The notes under the pieces are model-generated. The model saw only the letters and a list, made by a program, of their open reading frames with translations, was not told the DNA's origin and did no database searches. A DNA stretch of 64,000 bases, taken from NCBI GenBank assembly GCA_964348415.1, contig CAYGCR010000009.1:649-64648 (forward strand), in the 5' to 3' direction. The stretch comes from an uncultured Ignavibacteria bacterium (lineage in GTDB: Bacteria; Zixibacteria; MSB-5A5; SM1-73). Below, one piece after another: positions 48,757 to 58,833 of this stretch (the first letter of the stretch is position 1; the number at the start of each line of letters is the position of its first letter). A program made the translations under genes and the position numbers.

Positions 48757-50031
48757 TCAGTCACTCTGAAACGAATTCAAGAATTCACCTACCGTGTAGT
48801 GCGAGCCGGTTAAGCAGATAATGTCGTCAGCCTTGGCTCCCTTCAGAGCGAAAAGGTAAGCTTGCGTGACTTGGGGCACGATTTCGACCGGTATATCTTT
48901 TTTTGCGATTGCTTTTTTCAAATCCTCTGGATCGGCCGCCCTCTTGTAATCCGGCTTGGTGAGAATCAGAAATTCTGCTTTCCTACAAATCTCCTTTAGC
49001 ATCGCCTGGTGGTCTTTGTCTTCCATGACTCCGAAAACAAAGATGATTCGCTTCCCGGGGAAGAGTTGATCCAGAGAGTGAATCAAAGCTGTCATTCCCG
49101 GCGGATTGTGAGCTACATCCAACAAGACCAAAGGCTCCTTCCTAAAGACTTCCAGCCTTGCCCGCCAGTTTACTTGCTTTAGACCTCTCCTGATTGCGGG
49201 TTCATCAACTTTCCAGCCCAATTCCCTCAGCTTTTGAGCCGCGGTCAGAGAAGTCAAGGCGTTTCGAAGCTGATGCTCGCCTGCCAAGTTCAATTCGAGG
49301 TTTTGGTAGTCAACAGAATTCGAGGAAAAATTGAATGTCCAACCATAAATGGAGGAGTCTGACATCTCGCAGTTTGATCCGTCCTGAACGCGGATAAGCT
49401 CTGATTTTCTCTGCGCACAAACAGCTCTGATCGCATCCAGGGCTTCCGCCTGATCCACCGCGGTGATGGTAGGGACGCCACGCTTAACGATTCCTGCTTT
49501 TTCGTTGGCTATCTGGGGAATGGCATCTCCCAGATGTTTGGTGTGTTCCCGCCCTATATTCGTGATGATCGAGAGCAGCGGCGTTACCATATTGGTGGCA
49601 TCCAATCTGCCGCCCAGACCTGTTTCCACAACCGCTACATCCGCCTGCTTCTGAGCAAAATACTGAAACGCCAGGGCGGTGGTCACTTCGAAGAAGGTAT
49701 AGCCTTTTTGTTCGATCTCATCCTTGAGCTTGTGGACAAAATCTAAAATGAAATCTTTGTCCACCAACTCATATCCGATCTTGACTCTCTCCCGAAAATC
49801 CACCAGGTGGGGAGAGGTATACAGCCCCGCTTTGTATCCAGACTCGCAGAGAATCGAATGGAGAATCGCCGCAACCGAGCCTTTGCCATTGGTTCCGGCA
49901 ATATGGATGGAGGGAAACCTATCGTGTGGATTCCCCAGTCTTCGCAGGATTCCGGTGATGTTTGACAGATCTAGCTTTATCCCAAACCGCTCGAGATTAT
50001 ACAGGTAAGAAATCGTCTCTTGATAACTCAT
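48757..50031 (-). CDS. folC: bifunctional folylpolyglutamate synthase / dihydrofolate synthase
   Basis: Mur-ligase P-loop HIAGTNGKGSV, FolC-type middle and C-terminal domains. ATG 50031 with RBS aaagggga. Confidence 0.85.
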   Translation of the reverse strand: MSYQETISYLYNLERFGIKLDLSNITGILRRLGNPHDRFPSIHIAGTNGKGSVAAILHSILCESGYKAGLYTSPHLVDFRERVKIGYELVDKDFILDFVHKLKDEIEQKGYTFFEVTTALAFQYFAQKQADVAVVETGLGGRLDATNMVTPLLSIITNIGREHTKHLGDAIPQIANEKAGIVKRGVPTITAVDQAEALDAIRAVCAQRKSELIRVQDGSNCEMSDSSIYGWTFNFSSNSVDYQNLELNLAGEHQLRNALTSLTAAQKLRELGWKVDEPAIRRGLKQVNWRARLEVFRKEPLVLLDVAHNPPGMTALIHSLDQLFPGKRIIFVFGVMEDKDHQAMLKEICRKAEFLILTKPDYKRAADPEDLKKAIAKKDIPVEIVPQVTQAYLFALKGAKADDIICLTGSHYTVGEFLNSFQSD

Positions 50032-50094
50032 GGACAACCCATCCCCTTTATCCATTCCATCCGTTGACTCATCCTTTCGGTCCGTGAAATCCGC

Positions 50095-50823
50095 TCAATC
50101 CGCTGGCCAGCTTATCAGCAGCCCCACCCAGAATTCATTTTCATCATTTATAGTTTCATTAGGCACGATCACATAGTTGATGCTGGGACTCAGAGTAATT
50201 CCTTTCAGACCAAAATCGGTGGAAATCCCAAGACAGATATCCGAGAAGCCCGGATCGACTCCGATGCCACGATACTGCTCGGTATATCCTACTAGGATAT
50301 TCGAACAAAGAACTTTGCCTACCACATGAAAATCACGACTCAACGATATCGTAGTATAAATTCCGTCTCCCAGGTTGAAATCATAATACAGACTTACAGA
50401 CGGCGACATGGGAATAGAGTTTGCAGTCACCCCCGCATATACCTCGGGCGTAGCCGAATTATTGTCCGGATAACCCGATATGGTGGGAAAGGTGAAATAG
50501 CCGAATCCAGCTGAAACACTCATGTGTTCGGAGAGGGGCCTATCATAACCTAAAACCAAGTCCAGTTCTACAAAATCGGTGTCGGCTAATGCCACCGCGG
50601 ACCAGAGATTGAACCACACTCCACTCTTGCCGAAACCGAACGTGACCGAGGGCTGTATGGCGGGACGATCGTCAACAATGGTATCAAATCCTCTCCATAT
50701 GTATTTCGAGACGACAGCCAGGTCGGAACGAAAACCGATTCTTGCCGGGCTGGTTTGGGGAAGCAAGAGAAGAGTCAGAATCGCAAAGCTTAAAACGGAG
50801 ATGCTTCTACTGGCGATTTTCAT
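50095..50823 (-). CDS. putative outer-membrane beta-barrel protein
   Basis: Signal peptide MKIASRSISVLSFAILTLLLLPQTSPA. Alternating hydrophobic beta-strand pattern rich in G/Y/F. No family assigned. Confidence 0.4.
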   Translation of the reverse strand: MKIASRSISVLSFAILTLLLLPQTSPARIGFRSDLAVVSKYIWRGFDTIVDDRPAIQPSVTFGFGKSGVWFNLWSAVALADTDFVELDLVLGYDRPLSEHMSVSAGFGYFTFPTISGYPDNNSATPEVYAGVTANSIPMSPSVSLYYDFNLGDGIYTTISLSRDFHVVGKVLCSNILVGYTEQYRGIGVDPGFSDICLGISTDFGLKGITLSPSINYVIVPNETINDENEFWVGLLISWPAD

Positions 50824-51050
50824 CTAACGCGCAGACTCCGGCTTTCTGTGAGTACTTTGAAGCCGTTGGCAATTTAAGCTTAGGGGCAGGAAGTGTCAAG
50901 GGATTTTGGAAGATGTGTAGATACAGGAAATTCGTTGACAAATAGGAACTTGGTATTACATTATATTTAGGCTAAGCTTGAAGCTGAAGACGGGTTTTTC
51001 CTGAGCGGACTTGAAGATCCGCTTTTCCATCCCTTATCAGGAGGTCTCTT

Positions 51051-53285
51051 GTGAAGCGAATTTTAGATGTATTTGCTTTAGCTCTGCTTCTATTCATTTC
51101 TGTAGCTCCGGTTCAGACCGCGTGCGCCGGGGATTCAGATGATCCACCAAAGGGATTCATATTTACCGACCAGAATACGACTCCTCGTCAATACCATCGG
51201 ATGCTGGCCGAGATGAAACAGAAAAGGCTGAATCAACTGCTCCAGTCAGGGAGATCCATACCCACCAAGGGGACTCTGGCTCAGAGTCATTACGACGTCA
51301 AGTATTACCGGCTGGATGTGAACCTGAACGACACCACCGAGATCATATCCGGCTCTGTTTACATGTATGCTCAGGCCTTAATTGACGGCTTCAACACAGT
51401 GGAACTCAACTTCTTCGAGAATCCCCAGATGTATATAGACTCCGTCAAGAGTGGCGGTGTGCCTCTCTCCTTCACCTGGAGCAATGACATTGTCACCATA
51501 ACGCTGAACGACACTTACAATCAGGAACCATTCAACCTGATCGTCTACTATCACGGGCACCCTCTGGAGGGAGGCCTTCAATCCTTTAGCTGGGGATATC
51601 ACGGGAGTCCTCCGATGCCGATGATCTGTACGGTCAGCTGTCCCTATTTTGCCCAGGCCTGGTGGCCCTGCAAGGACCTTCCCAGGGATAAGGCGGATTC
51701 GGCAGATATCAGCATAACCGTCCGTTCAGACTTGTATGTCGCATCGAACGGGCTTCTCAGAGACATAGTTGATCAGGGGTCGACGAAAACATACAAGTGG
51801 CATGAGGGATACCCCATAACCACCTATTTGATCTTCGTTTCAGCGACAGACTACTCCATTTTTTCAAACTGGTATCATCCCCTTCAAGGAGATTCCATGC
51901 AGGTCATCTACTACGTTTACCCCGAACGCCTTTCCCAGGCTCAGGCTCTTTACCCTATGACTCCCTCCGCGATTGAGTTTTATGCCGGCTTATTTGGGGA
52001 GTATCCCTTTTTGGAGGAAAGGTACGGGATGGCTCATTTCACCTGGGGTGGCTGCATGGAACATCAAACCTGCGCCAGCATGTCCTCTTCCTGGTACTCG
52101 CAATGGGTTCTGGTACACGAGTTGGCCCACCAGTGGTGGGGGGACTACATCACCTGCCACAACTGGCACCACACCTGGTTAAATGAAGGATTTGCAACCT
52201 ACTGCGAGGCTCTTTGGGCGGAGCACACCTATGGCGAAGATTATTATCACTCCTACATGGACGGTATCGACTACTTCCTTGGGGGAAGCATCTTTGTGCA
52301 AGACACCACCGATGTCTATAGTGTGTTCGGAACGATAGTGTATGACAAAGGAGCTTGGGTATTGCATATGCTGCGCCACGTTGTCGGAGATTCGGCGTTT
52401 TTTGAGATTCTCAGAACATACTATTCGGATCCGCGTTTCGCTTACGGAGTTGCAGAAACTCAGGATTTCCAGGATATCTGCGAAACTGTCTCCGGCATCG
52501 ATTTGGACTATTTCTTCGACCAATGGATCTACGGAACCTATTATCCCCGCTATCAATATTCGTACACCTGGGAATCAGTAGGGGGAGGTTACTACGACGT
52601 GTTCATTCATATTGGGCAGACTCAATCCACTGAACCTACCCACTTCACCATGCCGGTTGACATAACCGTTAGCACGTACTCTATGGATACCTTGGTAACG
52701 GTTTTCAATGATCCCAGACACAAAGATTTCATAGTCCGTGTTCTCTCCGCGGGTATCAACGTGGATGTGGACCCGGACAGGTGGATTTTAAGATCGGTCT
52801 CTTCCACCTCTTATGGGATGAACATAATCACCACCGATTTGCCCCCGGACTCCCAGTTCTACGCTTACGCGGAGACGCTTGTGGTCAAAGGTGGAACTGC
52901 TCCCTATACCTGGGAGGTGGAAAGCGGCAGCCTGCCGGACGGACTGGAGTTGGACTCTGTAACTGGGGTCATCTCCGGTGTCCCAACGGTTTCGGATAGC
53001 TTCGATTTCACCATCAAGGTTACCGACTCAAGCTCACCCGGCAAAACTGATACCCAGGAGCTCTACGTCGTGGTAACGGAGACTCCATTTATGCATGGGG
53101 ATGCCAATCACGACTTTGTGATAGACGGGGCAGATGTAATATACATCATCAACTATCTCTACCGGAGTGGCCCCGAGCCCTTTCCCTGGGATGCCGGGGA
53201 TGTCGACTGTGACGGAATAGTAGGCCCGGGAGATGTGGTCTATCTGCTCAATTACCTTTTCAGAAACGGCCCCCCTCCCTGCTAA
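51051..53285 (+). CDS. secreted M1-family metallopeptidase with C-terminal double dockerin-like module (paralog 1)
   Basis: GTG start. Signal peptide. HELAHQWWGDYITCHNWHHTWLNEGFATY (HExxHx18E). C-terminus GDANHDFVIDGAD...GDVDCDGIVGPGDVVYLLNYLFRNGPPPC. Confidence 0.8.
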   Translation: MKRILDVFALALLLFISVAPVQTACAGDSDDPPKGFIFTDQNTTPRQYHRMLAEMKQKRLNQLLQSGRSIPTKGTLAQSHYDVKYYRLDVNLNDTTEIISGSVYMYAQALIDGFNTVELNFFENPQMYIDSVKSGGVPLSFTWSNDIVTITLNDTYNQEPFNLIVYYHGHPLEGGLQSFSWGYHGSPPMPMICTVSCPYFAQAWWPCKDLPRDKADSADISITVRSDLYVASNGLLRDIVDQGSTKTYKWHEGYPITTYLIFVSATDYSIFSNWYHPLQGDSMQVIYYVYPERLSQAQALYPMTPSAIEFYAGLFGEYPFLEERYGMAHFTWGGCMEHQTCASMSSSWYSQWVLVHELAHQWWGDYITCHNWHHTWLNEGFATYCEALWAEHTYGEDYYHSYMDGIDYFLGGSIFVQDTTDVYSVFGTIVYDKGAWVLHMLRHVVGDSAFFEILRTYYSDPRFAYGVAETQDFQDICETVSGIDLDYFFDQWIYGTYYPRYQYSYTWESVGGGYYDVFIHIGQTQSTEPTHFTMPVDITVSTYSMDTLVTVFNDPRHKDFIVRVLSAGINVDVDPDRWILRSVSSTSYGMNIITTDLPPDSQFYAYAETLVVKGGTAPYTWEVESGSLPDGLELDSVTGVISGVPTVSDSFDFTIKVTDSSSPGKTDTQELYVVVTETPFMHGDANHDFVIDGADVIYIINYLYRSGPEPFPWDAGDVDCDGIVGPGDVVYLLNYLFRNGPPPC

Positions 53286-53776
53286 GGGGAGTAGTTCGGT
53301 TGAAGCTGACCAATATCGCCTCCGTCGGTGAGAAGCTACCGGGGCTCTCTTTCTGTGCTTGATTTGTTAGAATCATATGCTTGGTACGAAATCACCCGTT
53401 CTAATCTTAGATCAGATTGCACCCTCAGAGATCCGATCGGGACATGTTTGCCGGAAGTTCTTCTGCTGCAGATGAGAGAGAACTGCGTTTTGGCTGATCG
53501 GGTCCGTAGAATTTACAGCTATTGCCCACGCCTTTCTGGAAGCTTAATCAGATTTGATTCGACTTTATCGTCTCATCAGTCGTATTTAGATGTTAGCCTC
53601 TGAGGCCTTGACCACCGAGAGCGTGGATCATGTCAAAAGAGCAGAAAATTGTTGACAAAAGTGGACATTGTATTAAATTAAAATTAGGCTAAACTGATAA
53701 GGTAAGTCGGGTTTAGCTTTTTTGTTGGGCTGTTTTGCTCCGGTCATCAATTGTGATCCTTCTCAGGAGGTTTTCC

Positions 53777-55999
53777 ATGAAATGCCTTGTAAATGTTTTT
53801 GCTTATAGTTTTGCTGTCCTGGTCGCTGTCTTTTGGAGCCAGAATCTTCCGGCCCAGCAATCAGGTCAACGGTCCGGTGAGGTTTTGTTCACCGACGAGA
53901 ACACAACTCCGAGTCAGTTCCACCAGATGCTGGCAGAGATGAAGCAGAAAAGGTTGAACCGGCTACGTGAGCTGGGGAAAACTACTCCCATCAAGGAGAC
54001 TGCAGCTCAGGCTCACTACGACGCCAAATACTACCGTTTGGACTTGACCTTGAATGACACCACCCAGATCGTCTCCGGATCAGTCTACATGTATGCGGAA
54101 GCCTTGATCAACGGATTCAACGTGTTGGAGCTTAACTTCTTCGATAATCCCCAGATGTATGTTGATTCGATCAAAAGCAACGATGCTTTTCTATCCTTTC
54201 TCTGGAGCGATGACATCATCCGAATCTTCTTGAACCAGATTTATAATCACGAGCCTTTCGACGTCACCGTCTACTATCACGGGCATCCTTTGGAGGGTGG
54301 CCTTCAATCGTTTGATTGGGGCTATCACGGAAGTCCTCCCAAGCCGATTATGTGCACCCTAAGCGAGCCGTATTTTGCCCAAGCCTGGTGGCCTTGCAAG
54401 GATCTTCCCAGGGACAAGGCGGATTCGGCAGACATTAATGTAACCGTGCGGTCGGATCTATATGTGGGCTCCAATGGGCTTTTGCGAGAGATCGTGGACC
54501 ACGGCTCAACCAAGACCTACAAGTGGCACGAGAGATATCCCATTACCACCTATTTGATCTCTATCGCGGCCACCAACTACACTATCTTCTCCAATTGGTA
54601 TGAATCCTTGAGCGGAGACTCCATGGAGGTCATATACTATGTGTATCCGGAGAAGCTGTCCCAAGCACAGGCGCTGTGGCCCATCACCCCCTCCATGATC
54701 GAGTGCTACGCCACGCTGTTTGGAGAGTATCCCTTCCTGCAGGAGAAATACGGGATGGCGCATTTCACCTGGGGTGGTGCCATGGAGCATCAGACCAACA
54801 CCAGCTTTTCCTCCACCTGGTACTCCGAATGGGTGGTGGCGCATGAGCTGGCACACCAATGGTGGGGGGACTATATCACCTGTCACAATTGGCACGACAT
54901 CTGGCTCAATGAGGGGTTTGCCGTTTACTGCGAGGCGCTCTGGGCGGAATGGGAATATGGAAAAAGCTACTATCACACCTACATGAACAGCTTCGCCTAT
55001 TGGGGGGGAGGAACCATATTTGTCGAGGACACAACCGACGCCTGGAATATCTTCGCCCCCATAGTGTATGACAAAGGGGGATGGGTTCATCACATGCTGA
55101 GGCACGTGGTGGGGGACTCTACCTATTTTGATATCATGAGAGCTTATTACTACGATCCCCGATTCGCCCACGGTGTGGCGGAAATCGAAGATTTCCAGGA
55201 GGTGTGCGAGACGGTCTCCAGCATGGATTTAGACTATTTCTTCGACCAATGGATCTACGGAACCTACTATCCCAAGTATAAGTATTCAACTTTTTCGGAA
55301 CCTGTTGGGGATAACCAATATGACGTTTACGTTCACATAGATCAAAGCCAGACCACAGACCCCACCTATTTCACCATGCCCATTGACATTCGCATAGTCA
55401 CCTATGACATGGATACAATTGCGGTGGTGTTCAACGATCCCCGACATCAGGATTTCGTTTTCCGGGTTAACTGGGGCATTGCTGGTCTTGAATTGGACCC
55501 GGACAGATGGATACTGCGAACGTCCAACACGGACATCTATGGCCTCAATATAGTCACCACCGATCTACCCCCTTCCAGGTTGGGCTCTGCTTACGCAGAA
55601 ACTCTTCTGGCCAAGGGAGGCACAGCCCCCTATGGGTGGGCAGTGTCGAGTGGCGATGTGCCGGACGGACTGGAGTTGGATTCGGTAGCCGGAGTCATCT
55701 CCGGCATCCCTACGGTAGTAGACAGCTTCGATTTCACCATCATGGTCATCGACGATGACCTAAATACCGACACGCAAGGATTCCACATCATGGTGAGGGA
55801 GTTCATGCGAGGGGATGCCAACAACGACTCGATGGTTGATGCCGGAGATATCGTCTACCTAATCACCTATCTGTACCGCAATGGGCCTGAGCCTGTTCCA
55901 TATGAGGTTGGCGACGTTAACTGCGATGGAGAAGTCAATGCGGCGGACGTAGTTTATCTGATCAATTACCTTTTCAGAAACGGGCCACCGCCGTGCTAG
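53777..55999 (+). CDS. secreted M1-family metallopeptidase with C-terminal dockerin-like module (paralog 2, tandem duplicate)
   Basis: About 70% identical to 51051-53285. HELAHQWWGDYITCHNWHDIWLNEGFAVY. C-terminus GDANNDSMVDAGD...GDVNCDGEVNAADVVYLINYLFRNGPPPC. ATG 53777 with RBS caggagg. Promoter-like TTGACA at 53653. Confidence 0.8.
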   Translation: MKCLVNVFAYSFAVLVAVFWSQNLPAQQSGQRSGEVLFTDENTTPSQFHQMLAEMKQKRLNRLRELGKTTPIKETAAQAHYDAKYYRLDLTLNDTTQIVSGSVYMYAEALINGFNVLELNFFDNPQMYVDSIKSNDAFLSFLWSDDIIRIFLNQIYNHEPFDVTVYYHGHPLEGGLQSFDWGYHGSPPKPIMCTLSEPYFAQAWWPCKDLPRDKADSADINVTVRSDLYVGSNGLLREIVDHGSTKTYKWHERYPITTYLISIAATNYTIFSNWYESLSGDSMEVIYYVYPEKLSQAQALWPITPSMIECYATLFGEYPFLQEKYGMAHFTWGGAMEHQTNTSFSSTWYSEWVVAHELAHQWWGDYITCHNWHDIWLNEGFAVYCEALWAEWEYGKSYYHTYMNSFAYWGGGTIFVEDTTDAWNIFAPIVYDKGGWVHHMLRHVVGDSTYFDIMRAYYYDPRFAHGVAEIEDFQEVCETVSSMDLDYFFDQWIYGTYYPKYKYSTFSEPVGDNQYDVYVHIDQSQTTDPTYFTMPIDIRIVTYDMDTIAVVFNDPRHQDFVFRVNWGIAGLELDPDRWILRTSNTDIYGLNIVTTDLPPSRLGSAYAETLLAKGGTAPYGWAVSSGDVPDGLELDSVAGVISGIPTVVDSFDFTIMVIDDDLNTDTQGFHIMVREFMRGDANNDSMVDAGDIVYLITYLYRNGPEPVPYEVGDVNCDGEVNAADVVYLINYLFRNGPPPC

Positions 56000-56075
56000 A
56001 TGCGGCTTTTGGGGGAGACGGAGATGGGCCCATGAATCATGGACTGTAAACTATAGAGTATCCTAAGGGGAGCAA

Positions 56076-56125
56076 CCGAGCCCCGGTCTCCTAAGTGAGA
56101 TCGGGGCTATTTTGTCTATCTTTCC
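56076..56125 (+). terminator. rho-independent terminator after M1 peptidase paralog 2
   Basis: agccccggtctc-ctaagt-gagatcggggct 12-bp stem followed by a T-rich tract. Confidence 0.55.
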
Positions 56126-56350
56126 TCTGAAGAGGCCAATTCCAGTCGATTTCTACCTTATCTTCAGGAGTTTCGCTACATTTGCAACCAACACAGGGAA
56201 AGGCACGTGGAAGGCTGGCCTTATCCGCCCAAGATAAGGATCCCTGAAGAAGGTACTTTGCCCGCCTTAAGGGGATTGTGTCAAACATTCGTAACAAAAA
56301 AGCCCCGCCGCGCTGGCGAGGCTTGTAAAGGCACACTTTCGCTTTTCTCT

Positions 56351-57016
56351 TTACTCTGTCTTCTCGTACACCTTGGTCATTATGACTTTCTCTAAGGGCA
56401 TGTCTCTGTCATCGGTTTTAACCTGAGCGATCTTGTCCACCACGTCCATGCCTTTGACAACCTTGCCGAAAACGACGTAGTTTCCGTCAAGATTGGGAAG
56501 TGCCTTCAAGCAGATATAGAACTGACTGCCCCCTGAATTCAGATCCTGAGAACGGGCCATGCCTAAAGACCCCCGCAGATGCTTGGTGTCTGCCTTTTCG
56601 AAGTCTATTGTATACCCCGGGCCTCCGGTTCCGGTACCCAGAGGGTCGCCCCCTTGAATCACGAAGTCCGGTACTACGCGATGGAAGGTAAGGCTGTCGT
56701 AAAATTCGCTGATGACCAATCGCAGGAAATTCTCTGCGGTCTTGGGGGTCTTGTCCCAGAACAGCTCAAGCTCGATTGGGCCAAAGTTTGTCTCCACCAC
56801 CACGACGGGGTTCTTCTCCCTTTCAATCGCCTCCTGGGTTATGGGCTTGGTCATTTCTTCTTCTGCCTCGGCAACCTGTTCCGGCTGCTCCTGGGGCGCC
56901 TCACCTTTTGGCTCCTCCTGCTTTCCACAACCAAACAGAAAGAAAACCAGCAAAACCGATAGAATAAGGACTTTTTTCATCCCTTCCTCCTTGAAATTGA
57001 AACGTCCTAAAGTCAT
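56351..57016 (-). CDS. cyclophilin-type peptidyl-prolyl cis-trans isomerase, lipoprotein
   Basis: Lipobox LVFFLFGCGKQ. Cyclophilin core FHRVVPDFVIQGGDPLGTGTGGPGYT. Confidence 0.9.
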   Translation of the reverse strand: MTLGRFNFKEEGMKKVLILSVLLVFFLFGCGKQEEPKGEAPQEQPEQVAEAEEEMTKPITQEAIEREKNPVVVVETNFGPIELELFWDKTPKTAENFLRLVISEFYDSLTFHRVVPDFVIQGGDPLGTGTGGPGYTIDFEKADTKHLRGSLGMARSQDLNSGGSQFYICLKALPNLDGNYVVFGKVVKGMDVVDKIAQVKTDDRDMPLEKVIMTKVYEKTE

Positions 57017-57194
57017 TGTCTAAGAACAAAGGCGAATTCTCTTTATCACCTCCTGACCGGATAGGGTTTACTTTCTTTCAGATCGTGCCGAAAATACCAA
57101 ACCACGTATCTGTTGTCAAGACAATTATGTGCTCGGGCGCAAAAAAGTACTTTTGGAGGGTGTACGATTTGATTCTCTTTGTCTCAATTGAAAA

Positions 57195-57215
57195 GGGCGG
57201 GATGAATTCCCGCTC
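57195..57215. repeat. palindromic hairpin repeat GGGCGGG-ATGAATTC-CCGC (copy 4), nested in a larger inverted repeat CTCAATTGA...TCAATTGAG
   Basis: Downstream of gdhA on the minus strand. Followed by CTTTTC. Confidence 0.55.
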
Positions 57216-57259
57216 TTGTGTCAATTGAGAAGGTCTCAGAAGCTTCGTAAGAATCGAAA

Positions 57260-58540
57260 TTACGGAAAGATTCCGCGCTCCTTGTAGACCGTTTCCAGCC
57301 GGGAGAGAGCTACAATGTAAGCGGCCGTCCGCCAATCCGTATCGTATTTTTTCGCTGTATCGCGCACCCGGCCGTAGGCGTTGACGATCCTCTTGTGCAG
57401 TTTGCTGTCTACTTCCTCTAAATCCCAGAATTCGCTTCGTTTGTTCTGCAACCACTCAAAGTAGCTAACTATCACTCCACCTGAGTTGCACAAGATGTCG
57501 GGAATGAGATCAATCCCTCTCTCTTGCAGGATCTCATCGCCGTCCGGATCGGTGGGACCGTTGGCGCCTTCGGCTACAACTTTCACGCTCAGAAGTGGAG
57601 CCGTCTCCGCTGTTATCTGGTTTTCCAGTGCGGCCGGAATGAATATGTCTGCCCTGGTCTCAAACAAGGCCTCGTGATCAATGGGCTTAGCCCTGGGATA
57701 GCCAGCGATCAGATTCTTGTTCTCCTTGGCATAGGCCAGCAGATCCTCCGGGTCGATACTATCAGAGTTAGCCACAGCACCGCTGGCGTCTTCCGCTGCC
57801 ATTAGCTTTGACCCGTGCTGTTTCAGTAGCAGGGAAGCCCAAGAGCCCACGTTTCCGAACCCCTGAACTATGTAAGTGGCTCCGTTTAGGTCGAAGCCTT
57901 TGTCCTTTGCCCATTCCTCGAGGGTGAACACCACCCCCTGGCCGGTGGCCTTATCCCGCCCCAAACTGCCGCCGGACTCAACCGGCTTTCCTGTAACCAC
58001 GTGAATGTTCGCCTGCCGTTCATGAGGTGGCTGGGTAGAAACGAACGTGTCGACGATCCAGGCCATGATCTGGGCGTTGGTGTTTACGTCCGGAGCCGGG
58101 ATATCGTACTCTGGCCCGATATTGCAACCGAGGGCGAAGGTAAAGCGGCGGGTTATCCTCTCCATCTCGCCGCACGTGCACTCGGAAGGGTCGAACTGAA
58201 TTCCTCCCTTGGCGCCGCCAAAGGGTATGTTGGTCAGGGCTCCCTTCCAGGTCATCCAGGTGGCCAGCGCACGCACCTCGTCGATGTCAACCGCCGGATG
58301 AAAGCGCAGCCCACCCTTATAAGGACCCAGCGCATTGTTATGCTGCACCCGGTAGCCGGTGAACATATCGATCCCACCATCGTCCATCTTCACCGGGAAA
58401 TTAACTATTATCTCGTTCTGAGTTCTGGCCAAGATCTGCCGGACGTCCGGATCCAGTTTCATCAGATCCGCTGCCTTGTTGAACTGCTTGGTTACATTAT
58501 CGTAGACACTCGGCTTTTTGTTCTCGGGTACGTCGCTCAC
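57260..58540 (-). CDS. gdhA: glutamate dehydrogenase (NADP-type, GdhA family)
   Basis: GGAKGG, catalytic Lys region, NAD(P) Rossmann fold GFGNVGSWA. 426 aa. Confidence 0.9.
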   Translation of the reverse strand: MSDVPENKKPSVYDNVTKQFNKAADLMKLDPDVRQILARTQNEIIVNFPVKMDDGGIDMFTGYRVQHNNALGPYKGGLRFHPAVDIDEVRALATWMTWKGALTNIPFGGAKGGIQFDPSECTCGEMERITRRFTFALGCNIGPEYDIPAPDVNTNAQIMAWIVDTFVSTQPPHERQANIHVVTGKPVESGGSLGRDKATGQGVVFTLEEWAKDKGFDLNGATYIVQGFGNVGSWASLLLKQHGSKLMAAEDASGAVANSDSIDPEDLLAYAKENKNLIAGYPRAKPIDHEALFETRADIFIPAALENQITAETAPLLSVKVVAEGANGPTDPDGDEILQERGIDLIPDILCNSGGVIVSYFEWLQNKRSEFWDLEEVDSKLHKRIVNAYGRVRDTAKKYDTDWRTAAYIVALSRLETVYKERGIFP

Positions 58541-58833
58541 ACTTTCCTCCTTGATAAAAGACAGATGATTTGTCTGAACATAAAAAAGATCAGCCAGCAG
58601 CCGCCGTCATACGCCCCCTTTTGAAGGATAGCTTGGCCAGCTGAGCACCTGACTTGGTGCTATATAGGCTGTAGAAACTTATTGCGTCGCTGATGCCCTT
58701 TTCACTCTTGGAGCACAAGATGTGATCTGCGGCCACCGAGAAATGGTATCTCTTCCCAGGCAGATCCGCGAGACGACCGGATCAATCTGTGCGTGGAAAA
58801 GCTGTGGTACTGGAAGTCAAGCCTGAGTATCGG

